A stretch of DNA of 64,000 bases from Podarcis filfolensis (taxonomy: Eukaryota). Below are positions 52,498 through 63,540 of the stretch, piece after piece. The notes below the pieces were generated by a model that was not told the origin of the DNA, searched no databases, and was given only the letters and a program-made list of their open reading frames with translations. How positions within the stretch are numbered: position 1 is the stretch's first letter; each line of letters opens with the position of its first letter. A program made the translations under genes and the position numbers. The stretch lies in assembly GCA_964270895.1 (NCBI GenBank), contig OZ185438.1. The stretch is one strand, 5' to 3'.

Positions 52498-55230
52498 TCA
52501 GATATTGGAAATTTCCACAGGCCTTTTCTCCAGCATATGAAGATCAATTCTTCCATTTAATGGGATTTGTACTTCCAAAGTTTCGTCTCCTCTGTGGTAC
52601 TTTCTTCCTCTCCTTAGGCAGATGTAAATACCCATTCCAGTTACCAATGTTATTGAACACAAGCTTATTACTGACAGGACCACTAAGGTAGGCATGCAAG
52701 ATGCTGATTCTACTCTTTTGTGTGTGGGTTCTATAGAGATTTGTGGTTCTTTTTCCTCAACGTTAATATCAGGTTCCTTTCTTAAAAGGCTTTCAATGTA
52801 GCTCTCGTTGCTCACAGTGTCATTGACAAAGAGGTTCACCATAACTGTGGAATGCAGAGGTTCTGGGTAACCATGATCACTAACCTTAACAAGAAGCCGA
52901 TAAAGGCCATAGTCGTTTTGCATTAGTGACTCCTCCAGAGTGATGTTGCCTGTCTTGGGGTCAATCTTAAAGGAGTCTGGCCGGGGACCTCTTCTCCCTA
53001 TGATGCTGTATGCTATGACTGCATTCATGCCGGTATCATTATCTACAGCATAAACTTCTGTGATAGGAGAGCCAGGTAGAGTAGAAGGGAGGACTAGGAG
53101 GTAAGACATGTTGGACTGTGGAAACAGGACCAAGGGTGGGTTATCATTGATGTCCAGCAAAAGGACAGTTATTTTTGCAGTCGAGGACAAGGCCGGATCA
53201 CCTCCATCGACTGCTTCAACCCATAAGATGTATGAGCTCTGCTGTTCCCTGTCTAGAGAGACCTTAGCTCTTAGCACTCCTTTGCCAGTGTCTATAACAA
53301 AGATGTCACTTCCATTTACAACAGAAAGTGCTACCCAGCCATTTTGCCCTATATCTGCATCCGTGACACTTATAACTCCAATTTCCCCAAAGCCTGGAAA
53401 ATTCTCTGGCACAAAAAAACTAAAATCCTTGTTGATAAATCTTGGACTGTTGTCATTTTTATCCAGTACAGAGATGGTAACTGTGGCTATTGATTCTCGG
53501 GCTGGTACTCCAGAATCTACTGCTTTAACTGTGTAGCGGTATTTTTCTCTCTCTTCTCTGTCCAGCTGGGTGGAAACTGTCAAAACTCCTGTGACTTTAT
53601 CTAAAGCAAAATATGAAGGGGCTTCAGGCCCTAGGAAATAAGACACTTGTCCTCTTTCTCCACTGTCAGCATCTGTTGCATGTAGCTTGGTCAAAAAAGC
53701 ATTGGGGACATTATTTTCTTCAATTGATAATTCTATCAGTGTTTGAGAAAAAACAGGTGAATTGTCATTATCATCCAGAACCTGCACTTTCACTATTTTA
53801 TTGACATGGAATCCTTCAGTATTCCATGCGATCACTGATACTTCATAGAACTGTTGAGCCTCATAATCCAATGGTTTTGTAGTCTCCAGCAAGTACTCAT
53901 TGTGATATGGTTTGTATGGTGACAACCTGAATGGGCCATCACCATCCAAATAGCAATCCACTTTGTATTTTTCGTCTGGATCTTTTATGGTAAAAAATGC
54001 TATCGGTGTGTTAACAGGCTCTAATTCCCTCAGGTAAACCACCCCTTCTACTTCATTAGCTATAAAACGAGGAATCACTTCAGGAGGTCTCATTGTGACT
54101 TTGATGATGGATATTAACACAGTGATCACTGCAGGGATACAACCGGGACCGTTGGCTAATACGCTCAACCGATGGAGACGAGGAGTGTCACCATTAATCC
54201 TCTTGGAGAGCTTGATAACACCTGTGCTTTCATCAAGATGAAACAAAGTGCGGGATGACTGAGAAACCTTCTGGCTGTAGGAATATGTGATCTCTGCATT
54301 GATTCCCTGATCCACATCCACAGCATGGACAGAGGCTATGGGCAACCCAATACTAGAATTCCCAAAAACTGTGACATTGATCTGGGTCTCATTGAACTGT
54401 GGGCAGTTGTCGTTGATGTCACTGATGCCAATAGTGAGGGTGGCACTGCCCACCAGTGGAGGGACTCCTCCATCCTCTGCAGTTATGAGGGTAATATATT
54501 TGTCTCTGGCCTCTCTGTCCAAGGCACCCATGACAATCAGGTAAGGCGTTCTTTCCCCACTTTCATTTTCCTCCACATCCAATGTAAAAACCCCAAAGTC
54601 ATCTTGCAGGTGGTATGTCTGGACCCCGTTGCTCCCCATGTCTGGGTCAACTGCCGGATGCTCTATAGCTAAACGGGTGTTGACTGGTGAGTTCTCAGGC
54701 ACAAAGAGGTGGATCTGTGGCATGGGAAAGCACGGGGCATTGTCATTGACATCGTGGATGGCAATCTTCACCTTGACAAGGCGGAAATACTCCTGAGGCA
54801 ACACCATAACATCCAGCAACAGCAAGCACGACTCAGAAGATGGTACTGGGGAGGAGGAGGAGGAGGAGGAGGCAACCACACTAGAGCCAACATTATCCTC
54901 TGTGCAGAGCGCCTCCCGGTCAATCTCCTTTGCGGAGGTGCGCAGTTCTCCAGTCTGGTTGTCCAGGTTCACATACTGACCTCCTAATCCCTGGGAGGCA
55001 AGGCTGAAGGAGAGAGGGGTTTTCCCCCATTGCTGAGGCTGCTGCTTCCCCTCTACTGTGGCCTCTCCCTCTCCCTCTGATGTTGCTTGGACCTGTAAAT
55101 CCTGGGCTAGATTCCCGATCAGGAACCCGGAGGGCAGCCCTTCATTGATGCTGTAGAAAAGTTCAGTGGCACGACTATAGCTTGCAAAGCAGTTGAAAGG
55201 TCCAAGGAAGAGCAGGAAAAGGAATAAGTT
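52498..55230 (-). CDS. PCDH20: Protocadherin-20 coding exon 2 (910 aa: signal-peptide core, 7 cadherin repeats, TM helix, short cytoplasmic tail)
   Basis: 916-aa ORF with cadherin linkers DVNDN/DINDN/DDNDN/DKNDN/DINDN, a TM segment (LVVLSVISLCSITLVTGMGIYICL) and the end ...EISNI, matching my recollection of mammalian PCDH20. The true exon start is the acceptor tttcctcAG at 55231-55232, with branch point CGCTAAC at 55254-55260. The ORF-track GTG start is intronic. Confidence 0.97.
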   Translation of the reverse strand, partial: NLFLFLLFLGPFNCFASYSRATELFYSINEGLPSGFLIGNLAQDLQVQATSEGEGEATVEGKQQPQQWGKTPLSFSLASQGLGGQYVNLDNQTGELRTSAKEIDREALCTEDNVGSSVVASSSSSSSPVPSSESCLLLLDVMVLPQEYFRLVKVKIAIHDVNDNAPCFPMPQIHLFVPENSPVNTRLAIEHPAVDPDMGSNGVQTYHLQDDFGVFTLDVEENESGERTPYLIVMGALDREARDKYITLITAEDGGVPPLVGSATLTIGISDINDNCPQFNETQINVTVFGNSSIGLPIASVHAVDVDQGINAEITYSYSQKVSQSSRTLFHLDESTGVIKLSKRINGDTPRLHRLSVLANGPGCIPAVITVLISIIKVTMRPPEVIPRFIANEVEGVVYLRELEPVNTPIAFFTIKDPDEKYKVDCYLDGDGPFRLSPYKPYHNEYLLETTKPLDYEAQQFYEVSVIAWNTEGFHVNKIVKVQVLDDNDNSPVFSQTLIELSIEENNVPNAFLTKLHATDADSGERGQVSYFLGPEAPSYFALDKVTGVLTVSTQLDREEREKYRYTVKAVDSGVPARESIATVTISVLDKNDNSPRFINKDFSFFVPENFPGFGEIGVISVTDADIGQNGWVALSVVNGSDIFVIDTGKGVLRAKVSLDREQQSSYILWVEAVDGGDPALSSTAKITVLLLDINDNPPLVLFPQSNMSYLLVLPSTLPGSPITEVYAVDNDTGMNAVIAYSIIGRRGPRPDSFKIDPKTGNITLEESLMQNDYGLYRLLVKVSDHGYPEPLHSTVMVNLFVNDTVSNESYIESLLRKEPDINVEEKEPQISIEPTHKRVESASCMPTLVVLSVISLCSITLVTGMGIYICLRRGRKYHRGDETLEVQIPLNGRIDLHMLEKRPVEISNI

Positions 55231-55928
55231 CTGAGGAAAGAGATGCACGTGACGTTAGCGAATGGCATGTCCATCTGAGAGCATCAGTTTAATCACCCCC
55301 TCTCCATTTTGCCCCCCAAAAGAGGTCTTTCTGTGCAAGACCTTGCATTGGACCATTATCTTCAGAATTCCTACCGAATTAACAATCCAGCCTACACAAA
55401 TCCACCATCTGAGTACATCCTCCTGAAAAATTTCCACCTGCCTCATATTTTTGACCTCTACACCCTCCCAATACTTAGTGCCAGTCTTCAGTCTAAATAG
55501 ATCACCATCTCCTTCTGTTGCACACAACCACCAGCCCTGAAACATGAAGTCCCCAAACTCACCATCAATAAATGAAGAGTTGTCATCCCGTTTACCCTTA
55601 ACTGTTAGTTTCCTCAATAAAACAGTCATAAAGAATTTGTTAAAAAGAAGCAGTATATGTATATGCTCAAAACCACATATGTTTGTGCCTATAAATCCCC
55701 ATGCTGCAGTCTAGATCACTATACAATGCCATAAAGGGTGGGAGAAACAGAAGCATATTTAAACTTCATCTTCAGTTTCCTCACTATCTCAAATGTATTA
55801 GCATTTTTGTCAAGCCATAAACAGATTGTGAGTGAAAACAAAACAGTGGGCAGCCATCTAGGAACAAAAGCATAAACCATCGTTCTCTGCATAAAATGCA
55901 TCACTGTTTAATTTTGTATTTTTCACTT

Positions 55929-55966
<38 letters not shown>

Positions 55967-57076
55967 AATACAATATACTGTGTATATATATATAGAAACA
56001 TTGCTTTTGATTATGCAAGACTGCAGGTACCATCCTCTCTTCTTCAGATTAGTAATAGAGTTGGCTCCGTTTGTCCAGCAGATCTAGGAACGGCTGTCCT
56101 TTGCCAGATATGGTCATCTAAGGTGCCTTTGCCACAAATTAACCCTTTCCCCTTCCCTACTGGGAGATGACACAAAACCATATGCAGCCACAGCTCATCA
56201 CAGCTTACTGTGCACTGACAGAAATGTTAGCCACTGCTGCTTTGACTTCATGGGTTCTTCCCCTGAAGTTAAACAAACATGTCTTCAACCCAAAGAACAA
56301 TTTCTCGAGAATAAGATCCACTGAAATAAGCAAGTATGTGTGACTAGGAATGGCCACACATGTGCATCCTCCTCGGTCCCTTTTAAAGCCACAGTACTGG
56401 AAGAATCTTGTCACACATGGTCCCTTTCATTCTCTGTTAGAACTATCACGCTCCTGGGAGCTTGCAGACCTTAATTTAAGGATTGGGTGAGGGGGGGGGA
56501 TCCTTTTCTGAGTTCCTTTGAGCACACACAGTGGTCCTCCTGGCCTCATCCGCTTTTTCTCATGCACAGCTCTGATTGTATGCCCGCTGACTCTCAAGAA
56601 GGGCTCGCTGAGGGTCTTTACCCAGTGCGCACACACTTCTAAGTAAATCAGCATAATAGGATCCTGCTGCAACACCACCTCCCAAATAAATGCACAGGAT
56701 TGCAGCCTTGAGCTGTTGTTATCAATCCTCCTCTCATCACCATCGTGACTTACTCTGGATAGCTACAGGATCGCACCGTTAAAAGACAGCTACAGAACTG
56801 GCAGCCTTGCCTCCTGAAACTGTTGCTTCTGCCGCCCCTCTTTCTACACCTGCTCCAGCGCCTCCCACCCCCTTTTTACCATCATTTCTACACTCCTAAA
56901 GCGCTACATTTGCCGTGCCGCTTCCCCACGGGCGAAGTTTCCTTGCTCGCTCCCGCCCAACTTCGGCTCGAAGCGTCCGATCTTGCGCACCTTTCCTCGA
57001 AAAGGATCCCAAAGAAGCGCAAAGAGACCAGCAGGGCAGCCTCTCCAGACCCCCTTCCTCCCCCCGCTTAGCGTAC
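55231..57076 (-). other. PCDH20: PCDH20 intron (1846 nt, GT-AG, phase 0)
   Basis: GT donor, branch point, pyrimidine tract and AG acceptor; the reading frame is preserved across the junction. Confidence 0.88.
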
Positions 57077-58000
57077 CGGCAGGTTCCTCTGCGTGGCGCT
57101 TGTGCTGCTCCCAGGGCTGGATCGCTGCCCCATAGCCAGCGGCCGGTGCCTCTTCGCCGGGAGCCGGCGGGATCCTAGGGCCGGGGGCGAGCTGCGCCGC
57201 CTCTCATTCCCTCGGCTGCTCATTCCAAATGCGGGCATGGAGGTCCCCGCGCGGGGAAGGGAGGGAGGGAGGCGCGCCGGGGAGGGGAAGAGAAGCGGGG
57301 AGAAACAGCCTCCCTCCCTCCCTCCCTCCCTCTCGCCCGGCTCCGGCGCTCATGCAAATCCCTCCCGGACTCCAGCCAATCGCCTCGCAGGGCGCTCAAT
57401 TAACCCCTGGCGGGCGGCGGGCGCTCCGCTTCGCCTGCTGCGCCGCTTGCAAGCGCAGCCTCTGCCCGCCGCGCTCCGCAGCCTGGGCGGCGATCTTTCC
57501 GAGGCCGGAGTCTCCGGCTGCTGAGCGCGGGGCGGAGGTTTGAGCGGCTTCTCCGCCCTCCGCTTCTTTCTTCGAAGCTTTCCGGGCGGGAACCCAAGAC
57601 GGCGAAGAGAGGAACCCAAAGGAAGGAGCGAGAGACGGGTCGAGCTGCCGTCCCCAATATCCACCCGCTTGCCTTAGCGACTTTGGATGAAAGTAGCGCG
57701 CCAGGAGACGAGGTCCACGTGTGGACGCGCTGGAGGGCAGTCCTGGTCCAGCGAGAGGAGGCTTCGGGCTCCGGGCATTTGGGGAGCCCTCAAAGCGGGG
57801 GCGGGGGGGGAGAAGAGGAAGAAAGGAGCCCCGTTGCATCCCAGGCATGGGAGCCCCCCAAATATTGTAAGGGGCTGCCCCCCCCCCCGCAAGTTGATGG
57901 GTGTTGCCATTCACATGGTGTGGGTGTGCTGCTTCTTGCGATCGATTATGTGGGGTGGCGCTTACCTGGCCACCCCCGGGATTTTATTCAAGTTGGTACC
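56820..58000. promoter_or_regulatory. CpG island / PCDH20 promoter, with octamer ATGCAAAT (57352-57359), CCAAT (57376-57380) and homeodomain core CAATTA (57387-57392)
   Basis: Abrupt rise in GC and CpG content around exon 1 in an otherwise CpG-depleted window. The motifs were read directly; their function is inferred. Confidence 0.8.
57077..57223 (-). CDS. PCDH20: Protocadherin-20 coding exon 1 (MSSRGNERRRSSPPALGSRRLPAKRHRPLAMGQRSSPGSSTSATQRNLP)
   Basis: Manual translation ends RNLP, followed by the donor GTACGC (57076-57071). It joins exon 2 in phase 0 (NLFLFLLFLGPF) and resembles the mammalian N-terminus as I recall it (MRGRGNARSS...MGR...SSTSYRNLP). Not in the ORF track. Confidence 0.9.
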
Positions 58001-58135
58001 CCTGCTCCCCTTCCTCGCTTGCCTTGCTAGGGTTGCTTTCCGACTCGTGCGCTCCAGATCCCTTGTTCAGCCCCGTATCTCAGGCACAGAGCAATTCCGT
58101 GGAACAGTTGTAGGGAAGAAGAAGGGGGTTTGTGC

Positions 58136-58264
58136 CCTGGGCGTAGCCAAGGGGGCTGGGGGAGCAGCTGCCCCCCATCAGTACAAATCAATACAAATTC
58201 GAGGTTCTACCCCCTCTAACAAAAGCCTGCGGCCCCCCCCCCCCATATCATGGTTATGCCCCTG
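58136..58264. mobile_element. hAT MITE
   Basis: Homolog of 39190-39310; TSD GTTTGTGC/GTCTGTGC. Confidence 0.8.
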
Positions 58265-58531
58265 GTCTGTGCCCAACCTGTCCTCGGAGAATGGGCTCCT
58301 CCCCTTTAGCTTGCTTCACACTTGGCCTTGCCGTGGCGTCTGCACGTCTGAGGTTTAGCTGCCCATGAAAAACGCACCTTCCAAGTGCATTGGGACACGT
58401 GTTTGTTAAAATTAATTTATTTATCACATTTATTTCCTGCCTTTCCTCCCAAAGGAGTCCAGGGAGGTTGATTATACAGAGCCAAACTTAAATGTCGTCT
58501 GTCCCAATCGTATCTGAAGTGGGGTATGAGT

Positions 58532-58940
58532 CTGATACGGATTTACATATAAGCTAAACAAGCTCTAGCTTAGGGCCTCACTCTCTTGGGGCCCCCCAAA
58601 AAATTTGAAGGCAAAAAAACCTGGATGTACATTTCCAGAATATGAGATAAAAAACAAATAAAATAAAACCTACATACAGCAACATTATGTATTAATAATT
58701 ATTTCACAATTAATATACTTCTTCTTAATTGTATTTCAGTTCAACAATTACTTTGATAAAATACATATTTTGTTATGTGCAAATGGCTTTAGATACCTAT
58801 TAGGTCCATAAATTACCGTATAGCATGTATTCAACACAAAAAACAGCAACAATTTGTTGTTGACAAAGGACACCTGGACATATAAAGGGCCCCATTACCT
58901 TCAGTAGCTTAGGGCCTCATCAAACCTAAATCTGGCCCTG
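58532..58940 (+). mobile_element. Non-autonomous hAT element (paralog of 2022-2587, without the LTR)
   Basis: Colinear sequence ending TAAATCTGGCCCTG. Confidence 0.9.
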
Positions 58941-59101
58941 GTCAGACATATATTGAATGACCAGACAAGACATATATTGAATGATCAGACAAGACACATA
59001 TTGAAAGATGCCATCATGTATAGGCCACACATATCAGAAAGCCAGGTTGGCTATAGCACTCCAAGTGTATGCTTGGAGAGGAACCCAGGTTTTCTACCAT
59101 G

Positions 59102-59520
59102 CACCAGTACCAGGAATAGGGGTGCAAGGGGCTCAAGCCCCCTAAATATTTTGAAGCATGGGGCTCATCCCCCCCAGTATTGAGGAGGCTGACATCCCCT
59201 GCTGCCTTCGGGCACCCTCTGTGCGCCCCAGCCCCCATCCGGAAGCCAGGAGTGGGCTGGGATGAGCGAGGGCAAAGATTGACCTCCGCATGTCCCACCC
59301 GGGCCCAGTGCACGCCATGGGGAGAAGGAGGTGGAGCACGGTAGCTGGGCTCTGCTCTCTGCCTCCTCCTCCCTGCCTGATGCTGCATGCGGAGAAGGAG
59401 GCCAAGCATGGAGCAGCGCCGTTCTCCCCATTCCTCGGTGGGACATGTCACGTGACACCACATGATTTGTCACATGATGCAGCCCCCCTAATGTGGGGGG
59501 GGGGCAAGTAGGTGCCCCTG
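59102..59520. mobile_element. Non-autonomous hAT element
   Basis: Exact 8-bp TSD CTACCATG (59094-59101 and 59521-59528); right end GGTGCCCCTG. Confidence 0.8.
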
Positions 59521-59720
59521 CTACCATGTAGCCCTAAGTGACCACAACGTGTTCACACATATCTGGGATTGAAGGGACAACCTTGAATTTGAGTAGGGGT
59601 CTTATAGTACCACCACATTGTAAATTTTGAAGTGAATGGGTCTCAACATGACAGTTTCCAATGTCCTCAAGGAGAGACTCAAAATGTAGGCTGCCATGCT
59701 GATGTTCATTCTCTCTCAAA

Positions 59721-59752
<32 letters not shown>

Positions 59753-60261
59753 CGGCAAAACATAGCATAATATCCAATTTATTAAGATCAGCATGACATG
59801 CTTAGTTTTCTGGGAGTAAACTCAATTTAACTCAGTATTGCTTCTGACTGCATAGGTTCAGCTTGTAAAATACACTGAGCTTTAACAAAAGACCTTCAGG
59901 CACCTGAAGTATAATCTGTGGCTCTTAATTAGAAATGCAAACCATCTTGCAAAAAAAAAAAAAAAGTGTTACTATTTAAATTGCTAGTATGAGGTGGGAA
60001 CCGCATCAGAGAAAAGGAAATAAGTTTCCTGTTTCTGTTTGCTTGTATTTCTCATTCTTCAACTTCTTTTATGTTAACCTGTAGCAAACGTGACTTGAAG
60101 GCTGGCATCCTCAGCCCCACCATGTGGTCATCTCTGGCAGACGAGCCAGTGCCTGGAGACAGTCAGGTCATGTATCCATAGCAGTGACTAGAGGAGGAAT
60201 GACTGTTGGGAGGAGTGCAGAGAGAAGAAATGCCATGGTACACCTCCATTAGGACAAATGG

Positions 60262-60410
60262 ATGCCTTCATCTGCTCCTGCTGCAACAAAACATGTCTCT
60301 CCCATATCAGTCTCTACAGCCACAGCAGGCACTGCAACCTTAACAGTTTGCCTTCACCACCAAAGATGTTTGCCTCCATTGTCTCCTGAGACAGATGGAT
60401 GCCAACCAAT
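60262..60410 (+). mobile_element. RTE-clade LINE 3' fragment
   Basis: Reads AFICSCCNKTCLSHISLYSHSRHC; homolog of 5350-5508. Confidence 0.72.
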
Positions 60411-60989
60411 CAGAAAGCAAACAAATTTGGAAGCCTCACTGTCACCTATTTCAAGGAGGGCCCACCAACAAGCAGACGCCATAATTAGTCCTGCTCAGGG
60501 AAAAAGTCCAGAAGCCGTCATTTCCTTCCACTACACCAATGCTTTATCGTTTCTCTCTCTCTTATTTTTAAAATGGAACAATTCTCCCACACCAATACAT
60601 TGGTTAGTGGATTTGTTTCCAGCAACTTCACAGCAACTGCCTGCTCCAATTAATGTTCAAGACTTAATGTAGCAAAAGATTAAAGCAAAATAGTTGTCGC
60701 TGTTCAAAACTAATGTACAGCCTGTTCCATAATCCAGTGAAGCTGAAGTGCTTGGCTTAACTTCAGTGATGGGCCTGAACTAGCTTTGGGCCAAGAATTT
60801 CACTTTAACCAGGTCAGTGTGGATCAGTTCCACTAAAGTTGGGCAACTGGATTCAGACAGCACTTAAAAGAGAGTTGCTTAATTTAATCTGGCTTGTTTT
60901 GTGGGTTGCATACATCTATGTGGTGCACTAGCATGTGTTGTTTATAGGCTACAACTACAAAGTGCATTTGTCCAGGCAGAACCTCATAT

Positions 60990-61290
60990 GCCTCTGGTGA
61001 GCATAACAATAATCTTTTTGGATCAGACCAAAGCGCACACCTAAGTCAGTGCTCTGTTCCCAGCAGTGGCCACTCAGATACCTCTGGGAAACACCAAGCA
61101 GGGCACAAAGGCAAAAGCTTTCTCTTGGTGACTATTTCCAGAAGTTGGTGTCCCGAGGTATACTATTCCCTTTAGGTTCCATAGAACTATTATGGCTGTT
61201 ATCACTGTGGGTAGCTCCATCCTCCGTGAAATTGTACAATATCCACTTAAAGTCATTAAAGTTAGTGGGTGCCACTACATCTTATAGTAG
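60990..61290 (-). mobile_element. Old CR1 fragment
   Basis: ggatcagaccaa...cagtggccactcagatacctctgggaa resembles CR1 3' sequence. Confidence 0.5.
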
Positions 61291-61306
61291 GAAGCCCCAT
61301 AGATTA

Positions 61307-61548
61307 CAGTGGTACCTCGGGTTACATACGCTTCTGGTTACATACGCTTCAGGTTACAGACTCCGCTAACCCAGAAATATTACCTCGGGTTAAGAACTTT
61401 GCTTCAGGATGAGAACAGAAATCGTGCTCCGGCGGCGCGGCGGCAGCAGGAGACCCCACTAGCTAAAGTGATGCTTCAGGTTAAGAACAGTTTCAGGTTA
61501 AGAACAGACCTCCGGAACGAATTAAGTACTTAACCCGAGGTACCACTG
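61307..61548 (+). mobile_element. Tc1/mariner MITE family A, intact
   Basis: 18-bp perfect TIR CAGTGGTACCTCGGGTTA with TA TSDs. Confidence 0.93.
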
Positions 61549-62059
61549 TAGTTGTATCTTGTTTGAATTTGTTGGCAATTAGTTTGATTTGGTGATCCTG
61601 AGCTGTCCTCTTATGAGAGGGGGCAATTATGCATGGATAAACAAAGCTAAATCTAAATCTGCTTGAGATTCCTACACCAGACCAGCTCAGTTGCTGGTGT
61701 GGTCATTCTGCAAATATCAAGAGAAGTGTTTACAGCACACTTTGCCTGCATAGAGCAATAATTTAATGAAACAATAATACTTTGCAGTGCTTTTTGAATG
61801 TGCAAGCATTTCTCAGTAATTTCCATCCCAAGAATGAATTCCAAAGCTTTACTGCAGAAGAGTCTTAAATCTAGGTACAAGAACAAAATACAAAGTAACA
61901 CATTGTACTAAGGTAGGACACCCTGAAAATCACTGAGCTTTTTTTTAAGGAAACCACCACTGAGCTTTTTTTGTTGAGCCAAAAAGACACATTTTTTAAA
62001 TTGCCTTCCTAAGACATTTCAGAAATTCCCCACAGATGTAATTTCTGCCATTACTGTAA

Positions 62060-62206
62060 TTACTGAACTGCGCAACAGATTGAACCATACTCCCTTAGTT
62101 AGGGCTGTCATACGTCCCGGGAGGTACTGTCCGGGGAGGTACTGTCCGGGATGTATGACAGCCCTAACTAAGGGAGTATGGTTCAATCTGTTGCGCAGTT
62201 CAGTAA
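62060..62206. repeat. Perfect inverted repeat (54-bp arms, 39-bp spacer)
   Basis: 62060-62113 is the exact reverse complement of 62153-62206. Confidence 0.95.
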
Positions 62207-63540
62207 ACTTTATTCTCTCAGGTCTCAGAGAGAGCTCAGTTTCTGGGTGCTAAGTCATAAGGTGGTTTAGTTCACTGAAATGGAAAAACACCAACCTTCC
62301 ACTTTCATCCAGAGTGGAACCTATTGCTTAAGGGAAATTGACCTTTACAGCATTCAAAATACAAGGCTCTCAAAAACAGCTTTTTATGTATATTAAACTT
62401 AGAACTTTAACAGCTCTATGTGAAACACAAAGTACCTTCAAACTACTTAGCTTTTTCTTGCTATCTTAAATTAGTGGGAGCAGAAAATGCAAGTGTAGTT
62501 TTGTGATTTAATAGTACATGTAGGATAAGTATCCTTGGAAATGGATAGCACCTTTTCCTGCAGGACATTCTGAAGTCCGCTCTGCAGTTTGCACAATCCT
62601 GCACTGACCCCCATGACTGCCTTGTCAGTTATATAGATGAAGGAAGGGGAAGAGAAGACTCAAGTCTCTGGCACACTGAATGCAGATACCAGATGATCAG
62701 CATGAGTGTATCTGAACAGACTCAGTCCATTTCAAATGAGCTTCACATAAAATGCCTTGCCATTGCCATCGCCGTGGGATGCTGCTTGTACATCTGGTAC
62801 AGTAGTGAATCCAGAGTGGGAAGCTTTCATGTGAACAATCAGAGATTTCTCATTTTGTGTTGACTTTGGTAATGCAAACTGCAAGTTCATCTCAGGGCAG
62901 GGAAAAAGGAAGAGACACATCTTGGTGGAGCATTCCTATGGGTTATGCCCACTTCTATAACCTTATCCCCAAAGTCACAGGGAGAAGTACTTCCCACTTC
63001 CCCAATGGAACACTTTCCACCTACGTATATATGAAATTATGTTATGATCTTCAGGCCTGTGTTACTCATGTAAATGCTCAAATGTGCACAGGTGACCTAG
63101 GAATATTCATATGCTTTCTCTCACACACATCAACTTTCTGCCTTATTTTTCATACATTTGGATATTGTCTCCTGTGCAGTAAACCTGGATGGCAGCTAAC
63201 ATTACTGAGGGAACTATCCAGCAAGATCTGCTAGGCCTAGGGGCTACCTATTAATGTCACCAACTGATCAAGAAGGACAAGTGTTTATTGATCTGTGAAG
63301 TGCCACAAGATTCTGTTGCTGGTGCCTTGATTGGCAGACCTATTTTTTTCTGGGGCACCATTTGTCTTTCTTCCACAAGAAGACATCTGCTGTTTTTGCT
63401 GCTTCTTGTTTCCTCTTCCCTTCTCTAGGCCTTTCTGGTGAACCTTTTGTAGTACTGGTGTTTAGCTGATTCAGGGCTCCAAATGTCTTTCTTCAAGGAA
63501 CTGCTACTGTTTTGGAATATAACTTTTTTCAGCCACTGAG

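Noticed and set aside
53108-54987. Plus-strand ORFs (142, 115, 92 aa and others) inside PCDH20
   Set aside because: Antisense shadows of the coding exon with no independent signal.
55231-55248. ORF-track start MHLFPQ for PCDH20
   Set aside because: These codons are the intron's pyrimidine tract and AG; the real N-terminus is in exon 1.
56823-58358. Many 80-223 aa ORFs in the CpG island
   Set aside because: Expected from stop-poor GC-rich DNA; low complexity and partly MITE-derived.
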